A DNA stretch of 64,000 nucleotides from Candidatus Omnitrophota bacterium (GTDB lineage: Bacteria > Omnitrophota > Gorgyraeia > Tantalellales > Tantalellaceae), in contig DAONGE010000006.1 in NCBI GenBank assembly GCA_035403965.1, forward strand, positions 6,521 through 70,520. Direction: 5' to 3'. The notes under the pieces are model-generated. The model was not told where the DNA came from. It saw only the letters and a list, made by a program, of their open reading frames with translations, and made no database searches. Of this stretch, positions 1 through 8,740 are shown one piece after another. Every line of letters starts with the position of its first letter. Within the stretch, counting starts at the first letter, position 1. The position numbers were made by a program, and so were the translations under genes.

Positions 1-86
1 TTCCGGCCGGTGAGTCTATAAGCAATATGCTGCATGGTTTGGCGTAAGCGTTCGGCGTGATGTGTTGTAAAAAATGGGAGTTAGAA

Positions 87-569
87 ATGCCAAAATTTGT
101 TCTGTCTGCGCTTGTTGAAAACAAGTTCGGTGTCCTGGCCAGGGTGTCCGGGCTTTTCAGCGCGCGAGGTTTTAATATCGATTCGCTCGCGGTAGGAGAG
201 ACCGAGGATCCGACCGTTTCCCGCATGACGATAGTTGTCGACGCGGACGACAGGATACTTGAGCAGATCAAAAAACAGCTTAACAAATTGATAGACGTTA
301 TCAAGGTGCTTGACCTTACGGGTAAGGATTTCGTCGGAAGGGAACTTATACTGATAAAGGTCAAAGCCGAGGATATGTCTAGCAGGGAAAAGATAGTCAA
401 AATCGTCGAAACCACTAAGGCCGAGGTCGTGGATATCGGGAAGAAAACGATAACGATCGAGGAATCAGGGGATGAACATAAAATAAAAGCTCTTGTCGAG
501 CTTTTGAGGCCGTACGGTATTGTTGAAATAGCGAGAACCGGTAAAATAGCGTTACCGGCCGATAAGTAA
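87..569 (+). CDS. ilvH: Acetolactate synthase small (regulatory) subunit, ACT domain
   Basis: N-terminal ACT motif (VENKFGVLARVSGLFSARGFNIDSLAVGETED). GGGAG RBS 7 nt before the ATG at 87, so the ORF-track start at 57 is probably too far upstream. Followed directly by ilvC. Confidence 0.88.
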   Translation: MPKFVLSALVENKFGVLARVSGLFSARGFNIDSLAVGETEDPTVSRMTIVVDADDRILEQIKKQLNKLIDVIKVLDLTGKDFVGRELILIKVKAEDMSSREKIVKIVETTKAEVVDIGKKTITIEESGDEHKIKALVELLRPYGIVEIARTGKIALPADK

Positions 570-611
570 ATTAGTTGGAAAGCGGTTCTAAAAAATAATC
601 AAGGAGGAGCA

Positions 612-1598
612 ATGGCTAAGATTTACTATGACAAAGATGCGGACATGAAAGTGATCAAAGGACAAACGGTGGCGATACTGGGTTACGGGATACAGGGCCG
701 TGGCCAGGCGCTTAACCTGAGGGATAGCGGCGTTAAGGTTGTCGTCAGCGAACTCAAAGGGACGCCGAATTACAAACAGGCCATAAAAGACGGTTTCAAG
801 GTTGTGACGGCCGAGGAAGCGTCGAAAGTGTCGGATATCATACAGATACTGACGCAGGACCACGTTCAGGCGTCGGTCTACAATACGGCGATCAAAAAGC
901 ACCTGACAGCCGGGAAATCTCTGGTTTTCTCACATGGGTTCAATATACATTTCAAACAGATCGTTCCGCCTAAAAATGTGGACGTTTTTATGGTGGCTCC
1001 GAAAGGGCCGGGTGCTCTTGTCCGTAGAATGTACGACGAGGGTAAAGGCGTTCCGTGTCTTATCGCGGTATTCCAGGATTATACGAAACAGGCTAAGAAA
1101 AAAGCTCTCGCGTACGCGAAGGCTATCGGCGGTACAAGAGCCGGTGTTATCGAGACGACTTTCAAGGAAGAGACCGAGACGGATCTTTTCGGCGAACAGG
1201 TCGTTCTTTGCGGAGGCGCTTCGGAATTGATCAATGCCGGTTTTGAGACCTTGGTTCAGGCCGGGTATCAGCCGGAGATCGCGTATTTCGAATGTCTTCA
1301 CGAACTGAAGCTGATAACGGATCTTATATATCAGTACGGTATCTACGGGATGAGAAAACGCGTATCCGATACGGCTGAATACGGTGATATAACAAGAGGG
1401 CCGAGGATAGTGAACGCGAAGACCCGTCAGGAGATGAAGACGATACTGAAGGAGATCCAGACAGGAAAGTTCGCGAAGGAATGGATTAACGAGAACAAAA
1501 AAGGCAGACCTCGGTATACAAAACTTACCGAAGGACAGAAGAAACATACGATAGAGAAGGTTGGAGAACATCTCAGGAACATGATGCCTTGGATGTAA
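612..1598 (+). CDS. ilvC: Ketol-acid reductoisomerase
   Basis: Strong AAGGAGG RBS. Rossmann motif [19 protein letters not shown]. Full-length class I KARI (328 aa). Confidence 0.95.
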   Translation: MAKIYYDKDADMKVIKGQTVAILGYGIQGRGQALNLRDSGVKVVVSELKGTPNYKQAIKDGFKVVTAEEASKVSDIIQILTQDHVQASVYNTAIKKHLTAGKSLVFSHGFNIHFKQIVPPKNVDVFMVAPKGPGALVRRMYDEGKGVPCLIAVFQDYTKQAKKKALAYAKAIGGTRAGVIETTFKEETETDLFGEQVVLCGGASELINAGFETLVQAGYQPEIAYFECLHELKLITDLIYQYGIYGMRKRVSDTAEYGDITRGPRIVNAKTRQEMKTILKEIQTGKFAKEWINENKKGRPRYTKLTEGQKKHTIEKVGEHLRNMMPWM

Positions 1599-1610
1599 TT
1601 CCGGACAAGG

Positions 1611-3161
1611 GTGGATATGAAGAAGAACGATATAATTATTTTTGACACGACACTGAGAGACGGAGAACAAACGCCGGGGGCGAGTCTTAACGTCGACAAA
1701 AAGATACAGATCGCTACCCAGCTTGAGATGCTGGGTGTCGACGCGATAGAAGCCGGATTTCCGAGATCGAGCCCGGGGGATCTTGAAGCCGTCAAGGCAG
1801 TGGCTAAACGTGTGAAAAAACCTGTTATATGCGGACTTGCCAGAGCGACGCAGGCGGATATAGATGCCGCCTACGCCGCTCTTAAGCATGCCGTCAGACC
1901 GCGGATACATGTTTTTCTCGCGACGTCAAAGATACACAGACAGTTCAAACTTAAGAAGGCCAAGGACGAGATCTTGAAACTTGCAGAGGAGGCCGTGCGG
2001 TATGCGCGAAAGAAAGTGGCCGACATCGAGTTTTCGCCGGAAGACGCGTCCAGAACCGAACCGGATTTTCTCGCGGAAGTCGTGGAGACAGTAATAGCCG
2101 CGGGAGCGACGACGGTCAATATCCCTGACACGGTGGGATATTCCGCTCCGCAGGAATTCGGCGGCGTAATAAAATATCTTAAAGATCATGTTCGCAATAT
2201 CGACGAGGCTGTTATCAGCGTTCATTGCCATAACGATCTGGGCCTGGCCGTGAGTAATTCTCTTGCGGCTATTGTTAACGGGGCGCGGCAGATCGAATGC
2301 ACGATAAACGGTCTTGGCGAGAGGGCCGGAAACGCTTCGCTTGAAGAAGTAATAATGGCGCTTAACGTAAGAAAAGATCTTTTCGGAGGTTTGAAATCCG
2401 GAATTAAGACGAAGGAACTTTATAGGACCAGCCGGTTGGTGAGTAAGCTCACCGGAGTGATCATACAGCCGAACAAAGCTATAGTCGGAGACAATGCTTT
2501 CAGCCATGAGTCCGGTATACATCAGGACGGTGTGTTGAAAAAACGTGTTACATACGAGATAATCCGGCCGCAGGATGTCGGGTTCAAGGGGACGAATCTT
2601 GTGCTGGGAAAACTTTCCGGGAGGCATGCTTTTTCAGCCAGACTGAAAGAACTTGGATATTCGCTCGGAGAAGAAGCCCTTAACAATGCGTTCGTCAGGT
2701 TTAAACTTCTGGCGGACAAGAAAAACATAATTTATGACGAGGATATAGCGACTATAGTCGAGGACAATCTCGAGACGTTCAAAGAGCAGTATAAACTTGT
2801 GAATTACCAGGTTACTAGCGGAAATAAAGTGAAGCCTTTCGCTTCGGTGGAACTGGAATTCGCCGGAAAAAGAACCGAGGCGACGATGTCAGGCGATGGG
2901 CCTGTGGACGCTTGCTTTAAAACCATTGATAAAGCTGCGGGGTTGAAAGGCAAACTTATAGATTACAAAGTAAGTGCCGTGACCAGCGGGAAGGATGCGC
3001 TGGGCGAGGTGAGCGTTAAGGTGCTTTTTAAAAACGATTCTGTAATAGGCAGGGCTTCAAGTACCGATATAATCGAGGCCAGCGTTTTGTCGTATATTAA
3101 CGCGATAAATCGTTTTGTACAGCGCAAGGGTGTAGTACCGAAAAAGGAATATCACATTTGA
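1611..3161 (+). CDS. leuA: 2-isopropylmalate synthase / citramalate synthase family (LeuA-type, with C-terminal regulatory domain)
   Basis: N-terminal HMGL-like motif IFDTTLRDGEQTPGASL. HxH metal site (VHCHNDLGLAV). 516 aa including a LeuA-dimer-type C-terminus. Cannot distinguish LeuA from CimA by eye. Confidence 0.85.
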   Translation: MDMKKNDIIIFDTTLRDGEQTPGASLNVDKKIQIATQLEMLGVDAIEAGFPRSSPGDLEAVKAVAKRVKKPVICGLARATQADIDAAYAALKHAVRPRIHVFLATSKIHRQFKLKKAKDEILKLAEEAVRYARKKVADIEFSPEDASRTEPDFLAEVVETVIAAGATTVNIPDTVGYSAPQEFGGVIKYLKDHVRNIDEAVISVHCHNDLGLAVSNSLAAIVNGARQIECTINGLGERAGNASLEEVIMALNVRKDLFGGLKSGIKTKELYRTSRLVSKLTGVIIQPNKAIVGDNAFSHESGIHQDGVLKKRVTYEIIRPQDVGFKGTNLVLGKLSGRHAFSARLKELGYSLGEEALNNAFVRFKLLADKKNIIYDEDIATIVEDNLETFKEQYKLVNYQVTSGNKVKPFASVELEFAGKRTEATMSGDGPVDACFKTIDKAAGLKGKLIDYKVSAVTSGKDALGEVSVKVLFKNDSVIGRASSTDIIEASVLSYINAINRFVQRKGVVPKKEYHI

Positions 3162-3168
3162 TATGATG

Positions 3169-3199
3169 CGGGGGATCCTTTGGATCCCCCGTTGATTTT
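3169..3199 (+). terminator. Rho-independent terminator after the ilvH-ilvC-leuA operon
   Basis: Perfect 10-bp GC-rich inverted repeat CGGGGGATCC-ttt-GGATCCCCCG followed by a T-rich tract (gttgatttta). Confidence 0.65.
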
Positions 3200-3264
3200 A
3201 TACAGGGACAGGGATCCGGTCTTTCTGTTCAGTATCTCCAGTTAAAATAATATCGGGGTGCGCC

Positions 3265-4152
3265 ATGCTGATGAAAAAGAAAGAAACAAAAAAGTACGGA
3301 CTTCTCGGGAAAAATATAAGTTATTCGTTATCCCCGGCCATGCATAACGCGGCCTTCAGGTATTTCGGCATTCCCGCCGAATATCGTATATTCGACGTAA
3401 ATGAACAGGACATCCCGGATTTTATCGAAAAGAACGCGGGTGGAAAATCGCTTTCCGGCTTCAACGTGACTGTGCCGTACAAGATCATGGTGAAGGATAT
3501 GATATCCAGCATCGAAGGATGCAGTATAGATAAATCTGGCGGCGTGATCGGATCGATCAATACCGTTAAGGTTGAAGGTGCGCGTCTCATCGCTTTTAAT
3601 ACCGACGGTCAGGGTTTCTATGAATCGTTAAAGGACGACGCGGGGTTCGATCCTAAGGGAAAAAATATTTTTATCTGCGGGGCCGGTGGAGCTGGGCGCG
3701 CGGTATCCCTCTATCTGGCTTCACTTGGGCATGACGCCCCGTCGGTGATAAATGTTTTTGACGTGGACCGTGAGAAGATAAGTTCGATATTGTCCGCATC
3801 GGAGGCTTTCGCCGAGAAAAATATTCTTAAAGAATGCTTGTCAGGGGACGTTGAAAAAAAGATCGCCGAGAGCGACCTTATTGTGAACGCTACGCCGATA
3901 GGGACAAAGGACGACGGGGTTCTCCCGTGTCCGGTCCGGACGCTGAAAAAGTCGTCGGTCGTGTATGATCTGGTCTATTGCAGGGAGACCGAGCTTGTTA
4001 AACGCGCAAAGAAGATCGGTTGTGTCGCAGTTAACGGTCTTGGGATGCTTGTGAACCAGGGGGCGCTGGCATTCGGTATATGGACAGGCAAGCAACTTCA
4101 TGAAACAAAAAAAATAATGCGCGACGCGCTGAAGAACAGGGTGAAACAATAA
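3265..4152 (+). CDS. aroE: Shikimate dehydrogenase
   Basis: N-terminal YGLLGKNISYSLSPAMHNAAF shikimate-binding motif and NADP Rossmann GAGGAGRAV. Confidence 0.85.
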   Translation: MLMKKKETKKYGLLGKNISYSLSPAMHNAAFRYFGIPAEYRIFDVNEQDIPDFIEKNAGGKSLSGFNVTVPYKIMVKDMISSIEGCSIDKSGGVIGSINTVKVEGARLIAFNTDGQGFYESLKDDAGFDPKGKNIFICGAGGAGRAVSLYLASLGHDAPSVINVFDVDREKISSILSASEAFAEKNILKECLSGDVEKKIAESDLIVNATPIGTKDDGVLPCPVRTLKKSSVVYDLVYCRETELVKRAKKIGCVAVNGLGMLVNQGALAFGIWTGKQLHETKKIMRDALKNRVKQ

Positions 4153-4155
4153 AAT

Positions 4156-4932
4156 ATGGTGGGAGCCGTTCTCGTTTTCATATTTGGCGTGGTGATCGGG
4201 AGCTTTCTGAATGTTTGTATCCACCGTATCCCCCGCAATGAATCTATCGTATGGCCGTCGTCGCATTGTCCGAAATGCGGGAAGGCCATAAGCCCGGTGG
4301 ATAATATACCGCTTTTAAGCTTTCTGATCCTAAAAGGGAAGTGCCGCGCATGCGGGGAGAAAATAAGCGTGCGTTATTTTCTCGTTGAATTGTTAACAGC
4401 CATTTTAGGGGTAGGATTGTTCTTTGTTTTTCCGGATCTTGCGGCTTTCGGCGTATACTGGCTGTTCGCCTGCATCCTACTTGTGATTGTTTTCATAGAT
4501 ATTGAACATAGGATTGTGCCGGATGTGCTGAGCTTGCCGGGAATAATACTGGGTTTTGTTCTTTCGGTCATGTCGGTTCCTGAGGGGAGGATTGTTTTTT
4601 CGCTGAATAATGGCGTCGATTCTCTGCTTGGTATGATCGCGGGAGCGGGATGCATATTCATCATGGGAACGGTCGGAGAGATGATCTTTCATAAAGAGGC
4701 CGTAGGCGGCGGAGACTTGAAACTTATGGGAATGATAGGGGCTTTTCTTGGATGGAAGATGGCGCTTCTTACTTTTTTTATGGCGCCGATCATAGGGTCG
4801 GTTTGTTCTATAAATATCCTGATACAAAAAAAGGATAGTGTCATCCCGTATGCGCCGTATCTATGTGCGTCGGCGATGATCAGTCTTTTGTTCGGAGAAA
4901 AAATAATCGGATTTTTATTCCCGGTATTTTAA
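4156..4932 (+). CDS. pilD: Prepilin leader peptidase / N-methyltransferase (peptidase A24)
   Basis: N-terminal tetracysteine DiS-P-DiS motif (CPKCGKAI...CRACGEKI) followed by a polytopic membrane A24 domain. Confidence 0.85.
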   Translation: MVGAVLVFIFGVVIGSFLNVCIHRIPRNESIVWPSSHCPKCGKAISPVDNIPLLSFLILKGKCRACGEKISVRYFLVELLTAILGVGLFFVFPDLAAFGVYWLFACILLVIVFIDIEHRIVPDVLSLPGIILGFVLSVMSVPEGRIVFSLNNGVDSLLGMIAGAGCIFIMGTVGEMIFHKEAVGGGDLKLMGMIGAFLGWKMALLTFFMAPIIGSVCSINILIQKKDSVIPYAPYLCASAMISLLFGEKIIGFLFPVF

Positions 4933-4948
4933 CGGAAAGGGGTGCGGT

Positions 4949-6076
4949 ATGTTGCGATATATGACAGCTGGAGAATCTCACGGAAAAGCGCTGATCGCGG
5001 TGATAGACGGTATCCCGGCCGGGTTAGAAATAGACAAAGAGTTCATAGATACTGAACTTTCCAGAAGAATGACCGGATACGGCAGGGGAAAAAGGATGTC
5101 TATCGAAAAAGATAAGGTCGATATCCTTTCCGGTTGCAGAAAAGGGATAACGATCGGGAGTCCCGTATGTCTGATGATCCCGAACGTAGATCACAAAATA
5201 GACGATTTAGCGGACGTCATTAATCCTAGGCCGGGGCATGCGGATCTGGCCGGGGTTCAAAAATACGGTTTTCAGGATGCGCGGGATGTTCTTGAACGCG
5301 CCAGTGCCAGGGAGACAGCGGCGCGTGTGGCGGCCGGCAGCGTCGCTAAGATCTTTCTTAAAGAGTTTGGGATAAGGATAATCAGTCATGTGACGGCTAT
5401 AGGCGGTGTTACAGCCGCGCTTAAAAAATATTCGTTCGACGAATTGCTTGTCATGACGGAAGGATCGGATCTTAGGTGTGCCGACCGTGAAGCGGAAAAA
5501 GCGATGAAAGAGGAAATAGACAAGGCCGCGAAGAACGGGGATACTCTAGGCGGCGTGTTTCGGGTGGTAGTGAATGGTGTTCCGCCTGGGCTGGGATCAC
5601 ACGTTCAATGGGACAGAAAACTTGACGGTATTATAGCGCAGGCCGTTATGTCGATACAGGCTGTTAAGGCTGTTTCGATCGGGGAAGGAATAGAGAATGC
5701 GGCCAGGAGCGGTTCGGAAGTACATGACTCGATCTATTACAATAACGGCGAACGGGCGTATTACCGTCTTACGAATAATGCTGGTGGGATAGAGGGCGGG
5801 ATAACGAACGGTGAAGATATCATTGTGCACGGTTTTATGAAGCCGATAGCGACACTGACGTCTCCGCTGAAGTCAGTGAATATCAATACGAAAGAAGATG
5901 CTTTCGCCTCGACGGAGCGATCCGATGTTACCGCCGTGGCGGCATGCGGAGTTGTCGCCGAAGCGATGCTGGCGGTTACGATCGCGGCGGCATTTGTCGA
6001 GAAATTTGGGAACGATTCGGTGAAGGAAATAAAACGGAATTTTGAGGCGTATATAAACGAACTTAAAAAAAGATAA
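4949..6076 (+). CDS. aroC: Chorismate synthase
   Basis: Full-length (375 aa) with motifs MLRYMTAGESHGKAL and GRHADLAG-like (RPGHADLAG). Confidence 0.95.
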   Translation: MLRYMTAGESHGKALIAVIDGIPAGLEIDKEFIDTELSRRMTGYGRGKRMSIEKDKVDILSGCRKGITIGSPVCLMIPNVDHKIDDLADVINPRPGHADLAGVQKYGFQDARDVLERASARETAARVAAGSVAKIFLKEFGIRIISHVTAIGGVTAALKKYSFDELLVMTEGSDLRCADREAEKAMKEEIDKAAKNGDTLGGVFRVVVNGVPPGLGSHVQWDRKLDGIIAQAVMSIQAVKAVSIGEGIENAARSGSEVHDSIYYNNGERAYYRLTNNAGGIEGGITNGEDIIVHGFMKPIATLTSPLKSVNINTKEDAFASTERSDVTAVAACGVVAEAMLAVTIAAAFVEKFGNDSVKEIKRNFEAYINELKKR

Positions 6077-6090
6077 CAGACTGGAAGAAT

Positions 6091-7569
6091 GTGAAATATC
6101 CTAATAAGAATATTGTTCTTGTCGGATTTATGGGCACAGGTAAAACCTCGATAGGGAAACTGCTGGCAAAGAAACTTAATTTTAAATATGTCAGTACTGA
6201 CGGTCTTATTGTGGAAAAAGAAGGTCGAGAGATAAACGATATTTTTCTGCGTGATGGAGAGGCGTATTTCAGGACAATCGAGAAGAAAGTAGTAAAGGAT
6301 GTTAGCGCGAAGGACGGAGTGGTCATCGATACGGGGGGTGGCGTAGTCCTTAACGGTGAAAATATAAAAAATCTGAAACGTAAAGGCACCGTGATATGTC
6401 TCTGGTCGGATGCTGAGACTATACTTAACCGTACTAAAGGGTTCGGCCATAGGCCCCTTCTTAACTGTAAAGATCCCTTAAGAAAAATAAATAAACTATT
6501 GAAAGCCAGGCAGCCGTTCTATCGGAAAGCCGACGTGCATATAGACGCCGGGAACGGGGACCCTGACGTGGTCGCGCGGCGCATATGCGCCATCGTGAAA
6601 AATATCCGGGTGCGGGAAAAAGCCATAGCCGGAGAGAAGAGCAATATCGCCAAGTTGTTCGATAAGCTTCTGAATCACGCGATGATGCCGGTTTTCATAG
6701 CGGATAAGAATGGAACGATAAAATATCACAACCGAGCGTTTCTGGACGCGGTCGGGGAACGGATGAACGGCAAAAATTGGATAACGGAGATAGTGAAAAG
6801 GTCGCATCACGCGAAAGCATATGAGATACTAGATAGTATCAGTGAGAGCGGATCTCTGCACGATATAAGGTTTTTTGAGCTTTCGCGCAGAAAAGACCGT
6901 TGTATCTCAAAATGGATATCATGCGGGATCGTTACTCCGGGTGGCAGGAAGGGAATGATCTTTGTCGCGGATGAGCATAAACAGGGAGAACACGATTATT
7001 TGTCTCTTGGGGCCTCGGCTAGTGAAATAGTGATGACCAACATGATATTTTCCGGTGAAAGCCGTACGGATCTTTTTACGGCCAGTCATTCTTCCGGTGT
7101 GACAAAATATGCTCTGTCTCTCGGCAAACGGATGGGGCTTGATAAAAATGAGCTGAGGGTTCTCACTATGGCGGCTCTTTTACATGATATCGGGAAACTT
7201 GCAGTTGACGAGAAAATAACGTTTAAACGCGGCGCTCTGAACGTGAATGAATACAGACAGATGAAAAATCATCCGCTTTTTGGTGTGGAACTTTTGAGAC
7301 CGTTTGTGTATCTTTGGGAAGCTTTGCCGATCATTTTATTTCATCATGAGAGCTTCGATGGAACGGGTTATCCGTACGGGATAAAGGGCACAGATATCCC
7401 GCTTGGCGCGAGGATACTGAGTGTGGCCGATGTATATGAGGCGTTAACTGCCGATCGTCCGTACCGGAGCGCGTTCTCGAAAAAAGAAGCCCTAAAGATA
7501 ATGAAAAAAGGGCGCGGGGAGAAACTGGATCCCGCTATAACGAATGAATTTATTAAGATGATCAAATGA
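6091..7569 (+). CDS. aroK: Shikimate kinase fused to a PAS-like region and an HD-GYP c-di-GMP phosphodiesterase domain
   Basis: Residues 1-170 are a canonical AroK (Walker A GFMGTGKTSIG; DGGVVLNGEN). Residues ~330-492 carry the HD (LLHDIGK), HHE (FHHESFDGTG) and GYP (GYPYG) signatures of HD-GYP. The linker in between looks PAS-like. One continuous 492-aa ORF. Confidence 0.8.
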   Translation: MKYPNKNIVLVGFMGTGKTSIGKLLAKKLNFKYVSTDGLIVEKEGREINDIFLRDGEAYFRTIEKKVVKDVSAKDGVVIDTGGGVVLNGENIKNLKRKGTVICLWSDAETILNRTKGFGHRPLLNCKDPLRKINKLLKARQPFYRKADVHIDAGNGDPDVVARRICAIVKNIRVREKAIAGEKSNIAKLFDKLLNHAMMPVFIADKNGTIKYHNRAFLDAVGERMNGKNWITEIVKRSHHAKAYEILDSISESGSLHDIRFFELSRRKDRCISKWISCGIVTPGGRKGMIFVADEHKQGEHDYLSLGASASEIVMTNMIFSGESRTDLFTASHSSGVTKYALSLGKRMGLDKNELRVLTMAALLHDIGKLAVDEKITFKRGALNVNEYRQMKNHPLFGVELLRPFVYLWEALPIILFHHESFDGTGYPYGIKGTDIPLGARILSVADVYEALTADRPYRSAFSKKEALKIMKKGRGEKLDPAITNEFIKMIK

Positions 7570-8723
7570 GGGTACGAGAAACACGGATGGAAAAACTTTG
7601 CGGGGACATGATCAGAATGACGCTATTGCCCGGTTTTACTCCGGCCAAGGCGGTTAATTTTGTGGAGAGGATAAGAAACTCGGGAGATCTGTTCACGCCC
7701 GCATCGGGCGGCGCGGAAAAAATGGTGGAGGAAATACTTTTCTCGGCCGAAAAAAGCGCTTTATCCCTGGCGACAAAAAGATATGAGAAGGAAATAGAAT
7801 ATATCGCTAAGAACGGCATAAAGACCGTGTCGATCTTTGATGAAGCGTATCCCGCCTCGCTCAGGGAGATCTATGACCCGCCGCTTGTTCTTTATTTTAA
7901 GGGCGATCTCGCCGTGGAAGACGTCGACGCGGTAGGTGTTGTCGGTGCTCGCCACGCTTCGGAATACGGACTGCGTATGGCCGAGGAGATATCCGCCGGA
8001 TTGTGTAACGCGGGGGTGACCGTGGTTAGCGGTATGGCCAAAGGCATAGACACGGCGGCGCATCGCGGGGCGATAAAATCTTTCGGGCGGACCATCGCGG
8101 TAATGGGTAGCGGTTTCGCCAATCTGTATCCGGACGACGCGCAGGAAATGGTCTTGCGTATCGCCGAGAACGGAGCCGTGTTGACGGAGAATAGTTCGGA
8201 TATTTTACCTTTAAAATGGAATTTCCCGCGCCGGAACAGGATAATAAGCGGGTTGTCTAAAGGTATTGTGGTGGTGGAAGCCGCCAAGGATAGTGGTTCT
8301 CTTATAACCGCGGAGTTCGCGCTTGAGCAGGGTAAGGAAGTTTTCGCTGTTCCCGGCAGGATAGACACGCATATGTCGGACGGTACGAATCATCTTATTC
8401 AGCAGGGGGCCAAACTGGTGACGAGGGCCGAGGATATCCTGGAAGAACTGAACCTGGAGTACGGAGAGAGCCCCGGACGAAAGACGGCAAAAAAGACGGT
8501 GAATATGGAGAAAATTAAAAAAGGCCTTTCACCCGATCAGGTCAAGATCGTGGACCGGCTTGCGTCGGAAGAGGCTGTTCATATAAACGATCTGTGCGAC
8601 GCGACAGGGATAGATATGCCGCTTCTCAATAAGGAATTATTGCGGCTTGAGATAAATAGATTGATCAGGTTCGTTCCGGGGCAGTGTTTCGCGCTCAGGG
8701 ACCAAAATGAGATGAACATTTAA
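7566..8723 (+). CDS. dprA: DNA processing protein A (Smf)
   Basis: Rossmann-like DprA core (VGVVGARHASEYGLRMAEEISAGLCNAGVTVVSGMAKGIDTAAHRGA) plus a C-terminal winged-helix region. Precedes topA, as in many bacteria. Confidence 0.8.
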   Translation: MRVRETRMEKLCGDMIRMTLLPGFTPAKAVNFVERIRNSGDLFTPASGGAEKMVEEILFSAEKSALSLATKRYEKEIEYIAKNGIKTVSIFDEAYPASLREIYDPPLVLYFKGDLAVEDVDAVGVVGARHASEYGLRMAEEISAGLCNAGVTVVSGMAKGIDTAAHRGAIKSFGRTIAVMGSGFANLYPDDAQEMVLRIAENGAVLTENSSDILPLKWNFPRRNRIISGLSKGIVVVEAAKDSGSLITAEFALEQGKEVFAVPGRIDTHMSDGTNHLIQQGAKLVTRAEDILEELNLEYGESPGRKTAKKTVNMEKIKKGLSPDQVKIVDRLASEEAVHINDLCDATGIDMPLLNKELLRLEINRLIRFVPGQCFALRDQNEMNI

Positions 8724-8740
8724 ACCCATGAGGATATAAA

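Noticed and set aside
930-1910. 326-aa minus-strand ORF antisense to ilvC/leuA, plus similar long antisense ORFs at 44644-45663, 53882-54712, 56871-57764 and 26101-26733
   Set aside because: They lie entirely opposite well-supported, conserved + strand genes. Their translations are low-complexity (Ser/Pro/Arg-rich) with no motifs, as expected for antisense frames of coding DNA.
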